From a virus: DNA of 64,000 nucleotides. The notes beneath the pieces were generated by a model. It made no database searches and was not told where the DNA came from. It saw only the letters and a list, made by a program, of their open reading frames with translations. This document shows, in pieces, positions 1 to 7,372 of this stretch. The translations under genes and the position numbers were made by a program. The DNA lies in the IMG/VR virus record IMGVR_UViG_3300017751_000011, positions 1 to 64,000 of that record. One strand, written 5' to 3'. Positions within the stretch are counted from its first letter, which is position 1; each line of letters starts with the position of its first letter.

Positions 1-52
1 CGCAAGTTCCTCTGACACACACACAAGATCGAACCTTCAAACACACACTCAC

Positions 53-247
53 ATGAATGGAATCTCCCTCTACCAACTTGCGGCGGACTACTTGAACGCC
101 GACTACAAGTCTCTCTACAATGCACACGGACAGCTGTGTGTCATCTTTCGCCTCCCTTGCGGCCTGTGTGAGGTCTACCACGACCGCGAGGTCATGGACA
201 TGGCCCGCAAGCAAGAAACCTTTCTCTCAATCTACCCTAAAGGGTAA
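53..247 (+). CDS. hypothetical early protein (64 aa)
   Basis: ATG ORF preceded by CA-rich leader aaacacacactcacATG. No recognisable motif. Confidence 0.5.
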   Translation: MNGISLYQLAADYLNADYKSLYNAHGQLCVIFRLPCGLCEVYHDREVMDMARKQETFLSIYPKG

Positions 248-267
248 GAAATAAACTTCATCAGAAA

Positions 268-300
268 TTAGGATAAGTGGAAAAGATGTGCTTATCTTTG
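268..300 (+). promoter_or_regulatory. early promoter P1, Bacteroidota sigma-A type
   Basis: Exact -7 box TATCTTTG at 293-300 (consensus TAnnTTTG). Degenerate -33 (TTAG at 268-271) lies 21 nt upstream. Context aaattagg...cttatctttg resembles P2 and P3. Confidence 0.55.
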
Positions 301-351
301 TAGTCGACAGCGACACAGGGTCAACGTCACAAATCAGAAACACACACTCAC

Positions 352-630
352 ATGAACAACGCAAAGCTCACCGCATACCTCGACGAAGTAGACTACTTCA
401 TCACAGACATCACCCGTGACATCCTGAAGGGTGATGCCAACTACCCCATCTGCATCACAGACGAGGAGGGTCTCTTCCACCGCTTCATCCCACTCCCCTC
501 CCCACAGAAGTCAGGGACAGAGACACAGAAGCTGACTTATGCCCGCCAAAAGGCACGGGAGATTGTCGAAGAAATCAAGGCCGAAGCGGGGGGACCGCTT
601 GACTACGACACCTTCTACCTGAAGCGGTGA
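352..630 (+). CDS. hypothetical early protein (92 aa)
   Basis: ATG ORF behind conserved leader aatcagaaacacacactcacATG, downstream of P1. Confidence 0.6.
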   Translation: MNNAKLTAYLDEVDYFITDITRDILKGDANYPICITDEEGLFHRFIPLPSPQKSGTETQKLTYARQKAREIVEEIKAEAGGPLDYDTFYLKR

Positions 631-713
631 CACACACACATAGAGTCCCATCGGAGGCTGTATCCGTAGCAGAGGGGGGACGCTCCTAACTGCGAGACAG
701 GCAGAACCTGTTT

Positions 714-783
714 AGGCACACAAGGTGACCGACTGAATGTCAAGCGCATTCGAAAGGTGGAGGTTCGATTCCTCTTGTGTCTC
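714..783 (+). tRNA. tRNA-like element, probably a degenerate or atypical tRNA
   Basis: Seven-bp acceptor stem AGGCACA/TGTGTCT (one G-U). Canonical T arm GGAGG-TTCGATT-CCTCT. Perfect 5-bp anticodon stem GAATG/CATTC. Loop UCAAGCG has C at position 33, and the D arm is only 4 bp with a 4-nt loop lacking GG. Lies in a 178-nt ORF-free gap. Confidence 0.35.
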
Positions 784-807
784 TCACACTCAAACACTCA
801 CAGACAC

Positions 808-957
808 ATGAGAGTCAAGCTTTCCCTTCGGGACTACTGCCACAAGCAGATTCGCCTTCACAAGCAACTCCTGCAACACTCACGAAACGAGCAGAAGAAG
901 CAACAAGCAAAAGAGAACATCGAGTATTACACTAACCTCGCAAACACACACACATGA
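808..957 (+). CDS. hypothetical protein (49 aa)
   Basis: Internal ATG of track ORF 757-957 preceded by acagacacATG. The longer form would overlap the tRNA-like element. Confidence 0.45.
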   Translation: MRVKLSLRDYCHKQIRLHKQLLQHSRNEQKKQQAKENIEYYTNLANTHT

Positions 958-1127
958 CTAAAGCAGAACTCATCAAGTCCCTCGACGGCATCCCTGACGA
1001 CACCCCGCTATGTGTATGGGTGCAATCCACGCATGCCACTTACGACATTGAAGTGGACATCATCGACCATGAAGACGGGAGCATTCACGAAGTACACCTC
1101 AACGCCTACAACTACACAAACACATGA
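954..1127 (+). CDS. hypothetical protein (57 aa, not in ORF track)
   Basis: Hand translation gives MTKAELIKSLDGIPDD...NYTNT. ATGA overlaps at both ends. Leader cacacacATG. Confidence 0.5.
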   Translation: MTKAELIKSLDGIPDDTPLCVWVQSTHATYDIEVDIIDHEDGSIHEVHLNAYNYTNT

Positions 1128-1594
1128 TCCAACCTACCTTTCACCCCTACTGGACATTCGCCGCCGATGCTTTCGGTCGGACACTCTTCAACAAAGCGGA
1201 TTGCTACGTTGTCACCCCGAAGAACATCAAGCAAGGAGACATGAATTCATATAGACCTGAACAGGGTTACGGGATTCAGTACATGCACCTGGGGGCAACC
1301 ATCCCGATGCTTTACGAGGAGGGCATGTACAGCGCGATACACCCAGAGACACTGATGCGAAGCTTTCGAAAGCAATTCGATAAGGCTTGGTTCCACGCCG
1401 CAACCTTGGAAGAGAGCAACGGGAAACCCCACTGCGTCCACACATGGGTGGATGGTGAGGACTTGCAGGTGGGTGTCTTCCGCCTCTACCCTTCCAAAGA
1501 CCGCGCTGAGTATGCGGAAAGGAGCACAACGGATTCGGGGGACTTCATCCTCGACGTATCTCAGCTCCGTCACTTAGAAATAATTTCAGTATGA
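1124..1594 (+). CDS. hypothetical protein (156 aa)
   Basis: ATG ORF with acaaacacATG leader and ATGA coupling to neighbours. Confidence 0.65.
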   Translation: MIQPTFHPYWTFAADAFGRTLFNKADCYVVTPKNIKQGDMNSYRPEQGYGIQYMHLGATIPMLYEEGMYSAIHPETLMRSFRKQFDKAWFHAATLEESNGKPHCVHTWVDGEDLQVGVFRLYPSKDRAEYAERSTTDSGDFILDVSQLRHLEIISV

Positions 1595-1746
1595 CACAAG
1601 ACGAAATCCAAAAGGTGCAACAAGCACTCATGTTGGCGGAGATGTTCTTCATCGCCACCCCCATCGACACCATCGAGAAGATGGGTAACCCGCTCGGCAA
1701 AGTGCTGAGCGAGGCTGTCGGTATCACCCTCAAATACACAGACTAA
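1591..1746 (+). CDS. hypothetical protein (51 aa, not in ORF track)
   Basis: Hand translation gives MTQDEIQKVQQALMLAEMFF...LKYTD. ATGA overlap upstream and TAATG overlap downstream. Confidence 0.45.
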   Translation: MTQDEIQKVQQALMLAEMFFIATPIDTIEKMGNPLGKVLSEAVGITLKYTD

Positions 1747-1970
1747 TGTACACAGAAGCAGACTACAAGCGGGTGCATCAGGGCATCATCGAAGACATGA
1801 TTGACAACCTGATTACAGAGTGGCACGAATCCACCTGTCCACTCAAGGCGCGAGTTTGTCGCAACTTAGCTTCAGAGTTGGAGGCCCACAGGGTCCCCAA
1901 GGTTGAGAACCTCAACGTATGGGTGAGTGCCGCCAACGAGGAACACACACACAAAAGATCGAAATCATGA
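1746..1970 (+). CDS. hypothetical protein (74 aa)
   Basis: ATG ORF, translationally coupled on both sides. Confidence 0.55.
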   Translation: MYTEADYKRVHQGIIEDMIDNLITEWHESTCPLKARVCRNLASELEAHRVPKVENLNVWVSAANEEHTHKRSKS

Positions 1971-2176
1971 ACGTATACTTAGTTTTCGCCCCTAACGGGG
2001 ACATATACCACAGACACGAAGAGTTCCTCATGGATGACCTGCACGACCACATGGAGTCAGGTGAAGTCACGCTCAAGGCTTGGCGCAATGATGAACACCT
2101 TGACGACCACAGGGCACCGATGTTCACCCTCACAGGGAACAAGGAGGTTCAGGAGTGGCTTGACCAAAGGTCATAA
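1967..2176 (+). CDS. hypothetical protein (69 aa)
   Basis: Internal ATG of track ORF 1919-2176 forms an ATGA overlap with the upstream stop. Confidence 0.5.
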   Translation: MNVYLVFAPNGDIYHRHEEFLMDDLHDHMESGEVTLKAWRNDEHLDDHRAPMFTLTGNKEVQEWLDQRS

Positions 2177-2195
2177 AGAAAAATCTCCAAGTAAA

Positions 2196-2228
2196 TTTGG
2201 AATTGTCAACTTCTTATCCTTATCTTTG
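2196..2228 (+). promoter_or_regulatory. early promoter P2, Bacteroidota sigma-A type
   Basis: TTTG at 2196-2199, 21-nt spacer, TATCTTTG at 2221-2228. Followed by the conserved leader aatcagaaacacacacaATG. Confidence 0.65.
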
Positions 2229-2276
2229 GAATCCCAAACGGCACTACTGCCAAAGGGTAAATCAGAAACACACACA

Positions 2277-2561
2277 ATGAAGTACGAATCATATAAGCGT
2301 GACCTTGCTGTCCGCATCCTCCGCAAGATTGACGGGCTTGGTCAGTTCCAAAACATGGGCGACCTCGAACGCATTGACAAGACCATCGAGGTTCTCGACG
2401 AGTTCCTGCCCGATGACGACAGCGTCAATCGTGGACACACTGAGTTGGTAGACATCGTCCCTGTGTATGAGGTAGACAAATGCCCTGACTGCGGCAAAGA
2501 CGAACCCATGCACACAGACATCCACCCTTTCTGCCCTGACTGCGGGTACTCCTTCAACTGA
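2277..2561 (+). CDS. zinc-ribbon protein (94 aa)
   Basis: Start trimmed to the ATG after the conserved leader. C-terminal CPDCG-x14-CPDCG double CxxC motif. Confidence 0.65.
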   Translation: MKYESYKRDLAVRILRKIDGLGQFQNMGDLERIDKTIEVLDEFLPDDDSVNRGHTELVDIVPVYEVDKCPDCGKDEPMHTDIHPFCPDCGYSFN

Positions 2562-2588
2562 GTCACTATCATCCAAACACAAACACAC

Positions 2589-3146
2589 ATGACAATGATG
2601 AACGATAACACAAACACCCGCTCCTTTGCGGAAGCTCTCGGCAAAGCCATCTCATTTGGCTCCTGTATCACCACCTGTGATGCCCTGCTCAATCCCCAGT
2701 CCTATGGGTACTTCTACCCCGCTTACGACTGCGACCCAATCGTGTGCTCACCGACAGACCCAAAGGGGACGTTCGAGTACTGGATGGACTTCTTGCAACA
2801 GGCACAGAGGTTTGCCACCATGAACAATCAGGACCCCGACACATGGGGCATCCGAATGGTGTTCAACCACGGCAGGGGGTCGGTCAATCTCGATCTTGTG
2901 CGTGTGGAGTACATCAAGGACAGGATGCTTGACATGGCAGAGAACGACAAGTGGGCGTGTCCAAGTATCATCTACAAGTTCGGACGCAATGAGGCGGTCG
3001 AGTCTGTCTACCTCACCAAAGAGGGACGCTCCCCGTACCCACAGGAAGACGACCCCGCTGGTCGTGCCGAGGTAGAGGCTGGGCGGAACCGCAAGGCGGA
3101 CGACCTTGACGAGTGGATGTCAATGAACATCAGCTTCGAGGAATAA
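2589..3146 (+). CDS. hypothetical protein (185 aa)
   Basis: ATG ORF with leader aaacacaaacacacATG. Confidence 0.65.
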   Translation: MTMMNDNTNTRSFAEALGKAISFGSCITTCDALLNPQSYGYFYPAYDCDPIVCSPTDPKGTFEYWMDFLQQAQRFATMNNQDPDTWGIRMVFNHGRGSVNLDLVRVEYIKDRMLDMAENDKWACPSIIYKFGRNEAVESVYLTKEGRSPYPQEDDPAGRAEVEAGRNRKADDLDEWMSMNISFEE

Positions 3147-3157
3147 CATAGCGGTTA

Positions 3158-3230
3158 GCGCCTATAGCTCAGTGGTTAGAGCATCCGACTCATAATCGGC
3201 AGGTCCTTGGTTCAAATCCAAGTAGGCGCA
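3158..3230 (+). tRNA. tRNA with CAU anticodon (elongator Met or lysidine-modified Ile2)
   Basis: Cloverleaf read by hand: acceptor GCGCCTA/TAGGCGC, D arm GCTC-AGTGGTTA-GAGC, anticodon loop CTCATAA, T arm CTTGG-TTCAAAT-CCAAG. G1-C72 pairs, so it is not an initiator. Confidence 0.9.
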
Positions 3231-3264
3231 CATCAATCCCTTCCGCATCACTAAAACAGAACAA

Positions 3265-3636
3265 ATGAATATGTACACACGCACCGTACACCTTGACAAG
3301 CACATGTCCGAGGTGCTTCAAGACAGAGCGAGGCAGGAGGGAAAGTTCTGCGAGAGGATTCACGGCCCTCGTAGAGAGTGGAAGATGACGAAGGAAGAGT
3401 CATACAAGGTGAGGGGGCCACAGCTGACCCTCTATCGAGCGGCAGCCTACTTCCGAGCGCACTACCACTCGGAGGACATTCATGAGTTGCTCATGACGGG
3501 GGTAAAGGCTTGGGGAGCCTCCAAGGAGGATATAAAGCGGTTCCGCTCCCACCTGCCAGGCGGGATTAAGTTGGTGCTCGACACCCCTGCACCTGTGGTA
3601 AACAAGCGGCGTAAGCGGATCGTAAAAACGAAATAA
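3265..3636 (+). CDS. hypothetical protein (123 aa), basic C-terminus
   Basis: ATG ORF. C-terminal NKRRKRIVKTK. Confidence 0.6.
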   Translation: MNMYTRTVHLDKHMSEVLQDRARQEGKFCERIHGPRREWKMTKEESYKVRGPQLTLYRAAAYFRAHYHSEDIHELLMTGVKAWGASKEDIKRFRSHLPGGIKLVLDTPAPVVNKRRKRIVKTK

Positions 3637-3637
3637 A

Positions 3638-3892
3638 ATGAGAATTTATAATAGTGAAGCAGGGCCTGTAGACTTATGCAAGAGTTGTTGGCCCACTGAG
3701 GCTGAGGCCAGAGAGAAGTACGGCAAAGGTCCTGATGGACCTGATGGTCGGGGCAACTGCTTCGAGTATGATGCGGAACACCCTTGGTTCTTCGAAGGGT
3801 GCAACGACGAGGGAGACGATTGGTTAGCCGATGACGGCTACGACTGCCAAGAGTGCGGATGTCGTCTTACACAGAACGATGTAAATAAATAA
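3638..3892 (+). CDS. Cys-rich, acidic putative zinc-binding protein (84 aa)
   Basis: CKSCW...CQECGC pairs. Starts 1 nt after the upstream stop. Confidence 0.55.
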   Translation: MRIYNSEAGPVDLCKSCWPTEAEAREKYGKGPDGPDGRGNCFEYDAEHPWFFEGCNDEGDDWLADDGYDCQECGCRLTQNDVNK

Positions 3893-4056
3893 TCAAAGAC
3901 ACCTGTTGCATATGTGTCAGAGAGAAGTGCAACACTCATCGGGAGCTGACACTCCTCGGATGAGCGGCGTGAGAAATACCCCGACTGGGTTCGACTGGGG
4001 CAAGGTTAAAATTTCCTCACATGGTAGGTGCCGAAAGATGCCAAACCTACCGACAC

Positions 4057-4128
4057 ATCCCCATAGCTCAACGGATAGAGCATCGGTTTCCTAAACCGCA
4101 GATAGAAGTTCGATTCTTCTTGGGGATA
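4057..4128 (+). tRNA. tRNA-Arg (anticodon CCU)
   Basis: Acceptor ATCCCCA/TGGGGAT, D arm GCTC-AACGGATA-GAGC, anticodon loop TTCCTAA, T arm AGAAG-TTCGATT-CTTCT. Confidence 0.85.
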
Positions 4129-4138
4129 CAAAAATAAA

Positions 4139-4170
4139 TTTGGTAGATACAAACATTTGACTTATCTTTG
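4139..4170 (+). promoter_or_regulatory. early promoter P3, Bacteroidota sigma-A type
   Basis: TTTG at 4139-4142, 20-nt spacer, TATCTTTG at 4163-4170. Followed by the leader aatcagaaaacacacacaATG. Confidence 0.65.
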
Positions 4171-4205
4171 TCCACGGCAATTCAGCCAATCAGAAAACAC
4201 ACACA

Positions 4206-4901
4206 ATGAGATTACCTACACTCCGCACTGCGCCCCACTACTTCGTCATCGACTCCGTTGGTAGTTTGAACGAGGGCTACTCACAGACTACCTGCCGCCG
4301 CATCGAGGATGTCGTGGCTCCCGAATACGGCAAGTCTATGGTCGAGGAGTACATCGACCAATGGATTCACGGCATGATTGAGAATTACACGAACCTCGCA
4401 GAGGACCATATGGTCCCCACAATGGACATCAAGTACAACGTGGAAGAGTGTCCACGAGGCGGGTGGGTCAAGATTACCCCTAAGTTCAGCGACAACACCG
4501 ACCCCTCAGACATGGAAGATTGGGGGTTCCAGACGCTCTTCATCCAAGTGTATGACGGGGTGATGCTTGGGGACAGCGTGGTTGTGTATGACCAATTAGA
4601 CGACACCGTTGCCACTATCACACAACGGAGCACCGCCATACGCATCGCTGAAGAGTTCATCTCCATCGACGTGGAGCGCATCAAGCAGAAGATGTACGAC
4701 GAGACCAACCACGGCGGGTGGGACAGACACTACACCACCAACCTCATCCACGCTTACGACTCACTCGCTGAAGTAGTGCGTAACCTTGAGTACCCACAGG
4801 CCTGCATGATTGACATCGACGACTGCTGTTCGCACTTCTTTCCTACACAGGCCATGAGGGTCATGACCTACAACGGGAACAACGTAATCATCACACTCTA
4901 A
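4206..4901 (+). CDS. hypothetical protein (231 aa)
   Basis: First ORF after P3. No recognisable motif. Confidence 0.7.
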   Translation: MRLPTLRTAPHYFVIDSVGSLNEGYSQTTCRRIEDVVAPEYGKSMVEEYIDQWIHGMIENYTNLAEDHMVPTMDIKYNVEECPRGGWVKITPKFSDNTDPSDMEDWGFQTLFIQVYDGVMLGDSVVVYDQLDDTVATITQRSTAIRIAEEFISIDVERIKQKMYDETNHGGWDRHYTTNLIHAYDSLAEVVRNLEYPQACMIDIDDCCSHFFPTQAMRVMTYNGNNVIITL

Positions 4902-4912
4902 CACTCACAAAT

Positions 4913-5167
4913 ATGTACGACTACAACTGGAAACAAGAACGCATTGACGGCGTTATGAAAGAAATCAGTGACATGACCTTAGCTGACATTGCAAGGCTTA
5001 TCCTGACCGAGAGGTTTCACAGGAAAGCAACTAAGTACGAAGTGGAATGGCTGGACGAGCTTGCCGATGCCCTGCGTGATGGAGGCTCGTTTAACGAGAA
5101 CACCCTGTACAAAGAAATGTACGCTGACCCGAAGAAAGAACTAGTTAAACGATACAAGAACGCATGA
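4913..5167 (+). CDS. hypothetical protein (84 aa)
   Basis: ATG ORF, ATGA-coupled to the next gene. Confidence 0.6.
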   Translation: MYDYNWKQERIDGVMKEISDMTLADIARLILTERFHRKATKYEVEWLDELADALRDGGSFNENTLYKEMYADPKKELVKRYKNA

Positions 5168-5376
5168 AGAACTTATCTATAGACCAGCACATACAGCTCG
5201 ATAAGATTGTTGACGCTATCGAGAAATCAGAAGTGGTTGACTATGTATGGGACGCACTCGACCACGACATCACAGACACCATCGAAGGGGACCAGTACGA
5301 GCCTGGAAACTTTCAGGGCGACCTACAGGAATTCATCTTCGGGTGGGTCATGGGGGAAAAACTACCTAAACAATGA
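5164..5376 (+). CDS. hypothetical acidic protein (70 aa)
   Basis: ATGA overlaps on both sides. Confidence 0.6.
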   Translation: MKNLSIDQHIQLDKIVDAIEKSEVVDYVWDALDHDITDTIEGDQYEPGNFQGDLQEFIFGWVMGEKLPKQ

Positions 5377-5567
5377 AAATGAATTGGTACATATACAGCT
5401 TTCATGGCGGCGGCTGGAATTCAGGCCAAGCCACAGACATTCGATCCGCCCGCAAGCAAGAAGCCGAGAGGTGGGCAGACTCGCCCAACCTCATCCCCAA
5501 GGACGATTCCTTTAGGAAGGTGACTTGGACGGAGCTTGAGGAAATCTACAGAATGACAGCAGACTGA
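5373..5567 (+). CDS. hypothetical protein (64 aa)
   Basis: ATGA overlap upstream. Its stop overlaps the next start. Confidence 0.55.
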   Translation: MKMNWYIYSFHGGGWNSGQATDIRSARKQEAERWADSPNLIPKDDSFRKVTWTELEEIYRMTAD

Positions 5568-5674
5568 TGAAAGACATAATTAAAACCGCAACCTTTTGGG
5601 AGCTGGTCACATGGACCTGCTTAGTATTAATCGGATGGACCATTGCTGGGTCTATCGCAAACTACATGACGTAA
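5567..5674 (+). CDS. small membrane peptide (35 aa, not in ORF track)
   Basis: Hand translation gives MKDIIKTATFWELVTWTCLVLIGWTIAGSIANYMT, with one hydrophobic helix. TGATG and TAATG coupling. Confidence 0.4.
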   Translation: MKDIIKTATFWELVTWTCLVLIGWTIAGSIANYMT

Positions 5675-6081
5675 TGGACGAGAAAATGTACAAGCTTGCT
5701 ATCAAGGCAATCAACAACCTCATCGAGGCAGACGAAGTAGAGGACGACCTGTATGCAGACGCATTGATGGTGAAGCAGTTTATGGTGGACACAGCCGCGC
5801 AGATTCCTGTGCCTGTCCCCTTCAACGAAGGAGTGGCCCCTGCAATGCAAACCACTATCGAAGGCGCACAGAAGCGCATCGCCGCAGTCATTGACTGGTA
5901 CTACAATACTGGACGTAAGTGCGCCAACGCCCCTAAACTCGACTACATCGCCATCTTCCTCGACTCCGTGGGTGACGAGATGGCCGCCATGACGAGCGCA
6001 TACAAATCCCTGCATGAGAGGTACGTCCAAAGCATCGCCGCGTCAACGTCATCAATACACGCCGCTAATGATAACCGATGA
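5674..6081 (+). CDS. hypothetical protein (135 aa)
   Basis: Internal ATG of track ORF 5596-6081, coupled by TAATG to the upstream micro-ORF. Confidence 0.55.
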   Translation: MDEKMYKLAIKAINNLIEADEVEDDLYADALMVKQFMVDTAAQIPVPVPFNEGVAPAMQTTIEGAQKRIAAVIDWYYNTGRKCANAPKLDYIAIFLDSVGDEMAAMTSAYKSLHERYVQSIAASTSSIHAANDNR

Positions 6082-6085
6082 ACAC

Positions 6086-6259
6086 ATGGACCAACTTCGT
6101 CGCCGCATAGATGATTACAGCCAAAGGGTGTCACAACGCCCCGACGACAGGCTGTCCACTATCATCCTCGACGCAACACTCCGCAACTATGAAGCAAAAC
6201 TCAGACTCAAGATTCAAGATGACGACACTTCAACTGCATCGACTGATGTCTATTACTGA
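6086..6259 (+). CDS. hypothetical protein (57 aa; alternative start 6068)
   Basis: In-frame ATG with acacATG context, 5 nt after the upstream stop. Confidence 0.4.
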   Translation: MDQLRRRIDDYSQRVSQRPDDRLSTIILDATLRNYEAKLRLKIQDDDTSTASTDVYY

Positions 6260-6365
6260 AGACGCCATACTCAAACTCAAAGAAGAAAACTATTCCAAGT
6301 CTGTTCTCTTACGCAAAAGATTCGAGAGACTACAAGACGAACTATACGGACAACCAATCAAATGA
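6246..6365 (+). CDS. hypothetical protein (39 aa; start uncertain, alternatives 6189 and 6219)
   Basis: 3' part of track ORF 6111-6365. I chose the start with the least overlap. Confidence 0.3.
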   Translation: MSITEDAILKLKEENYSKSVLLRKRFERLQDELYGQPIK

Positions 6366-6502
6366 ACGAAGAAACCAACGAGTACATCTGGGCATACCTC
6401 CGCGATGGAGAGCTGTTCCACACCCCAAGCGTAAATCTGGCCTGGGAGCGAGGAGATAAGGGCGAGCCTATTCTCATCTACATGAAAGAACAAGAAGCAT
6501 GA
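6362..6502 (+). CDS. hypothetical protein (46 aa, not in ORF track)
   Basis: Hand translation gives MNEETNEYIWAYLRDGELF...MKEQEA. ATGA overlaps at both ends. Confidence 0.45.
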   Translation: MNEETNEYIWAYLRDGELFHTPSVNLAWERGDKGEPILIYMKEQEA

Positions 6503-6840
6503 ACAACGAAAGAGCAATCAAGATTGTGTCGGCAATCACCGAAGAAAACACAAAGGAAGATGTAATCGCCAAGGTCTTTGCCTGTGAGGACATCATCGAG
6601 CAGGACGTAGACTCATGGCTGGACCTTCCACTGCCACTACACCTCAATCAATTTGTAGAGCACTGCAACTCTATCGCCTCCAAGTTTATCGACGAGCGAT
6701 GCGATATGTTCGGATACGATGACGGAGTCAAGATCGAAATGCACAACCTCAGGGACAAAACAGAGAGCGTCCTTATCGCCATGATTACATACTCCGCTTG
6801 CTATAACGCAATCGCAAAGGAAGCAAGGTCAGAACGCTGA
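6499..6840 (+). CDS. hypothetical protein (113 aa)
   Basis: ATG ORF. The stop lies inside hairpin GGTCAG-aacg-CTGACC (6827-6842). Confidence 0.6.
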   Translation: MNNERAIKIVSAITEENTKEDVIAKVFACEDIIEQDVDSWLDLPLPLHLNQFVEHCNSIASKFIDERCDMFGYDDGVKIEMHNLRDKTESVLIAMITYSACYNAIAKEARSER

Positions 6841-6958
6841 CCTTCGGGCGGGCGTATGGTGTGCGGGGAGAACCCGTAACAAGGCCAGTGAGTGGCCCCT
6901 GAGAAACAAAGTCCGCCTTTTCCTTGCGGAATTACAAAACACACACTAAATTCACAGA

Positions 6959-7372
6959 ATGAAATTCAATCCACACAATAGAAAACTACTAATGCTCTCG
7001 TCCATTGAGAGCTACTACAGCGCCATCGCTATGATTCCTGATGGCTCACGAAGGGCAGAACAAGTAATGGCACGTAATGCCATCGCAGTAGCCCTAAGTA
7101 GCTGGGCTGACAACCAACAGGAGGTAGCCGAGGTTCTCGGCAGAGACAGGTCTACAATCGCCCACATGCTTTTGGGACACGAAGACAACCTGCAATTTTG
7201 GGACGGCTACGCTGACCTACACAAGATGGCTGTCATGATTGTAGACAACAGGTTGTCCGCATCAAGTAAGGCAGACAAGCTTGCTTCCATCACAAACAAG
7301 ATTCACATTTTAGAACAAGAAGCCGCACTTTTGCGCAACGAACTCAATTCAATTCCAATCACACAAGCATGA
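6959..7372 (+). CDS. DnaA domain IV-like helix-turn-helix protein
   Basis: ARNAIAVALSSWADNQQEVAEVLGRDRSTIAHML resembles the DnaA C-terminal DNA-binding HTH (R..A.....S..EIG..FGRDHSTV.HA). First gene of the replication module. Confidence 0.5.
   Translation: MKFNPHNRKLLMLSSIESYYSAIAMIPDGSRRAEQVMARNAIAVALSSWADNQQEVAEVLGRDRSTIAHMLLGHEDNLQFWDGYADLHKMAVMIVDNRLSASSKADKLASITNKIHILEQEAALLRNELNSIPITQA

Noticed and set aside
757-957. Long form of the 66-aa ORF
   Set aside because: The first 17 codons overlap the T arm and acceptor of the tRNA-like element. I trimmed it to the ATG at 808, which has the typical acacATG context.
3906-4094. 62-aa plus-strand ORF from the track
   Set aside because: It runs through the tRNA-Arg(CCU) gene (4057-4128). 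It has no CA-rich or promoter context and lies in a structured non-coding spacer.
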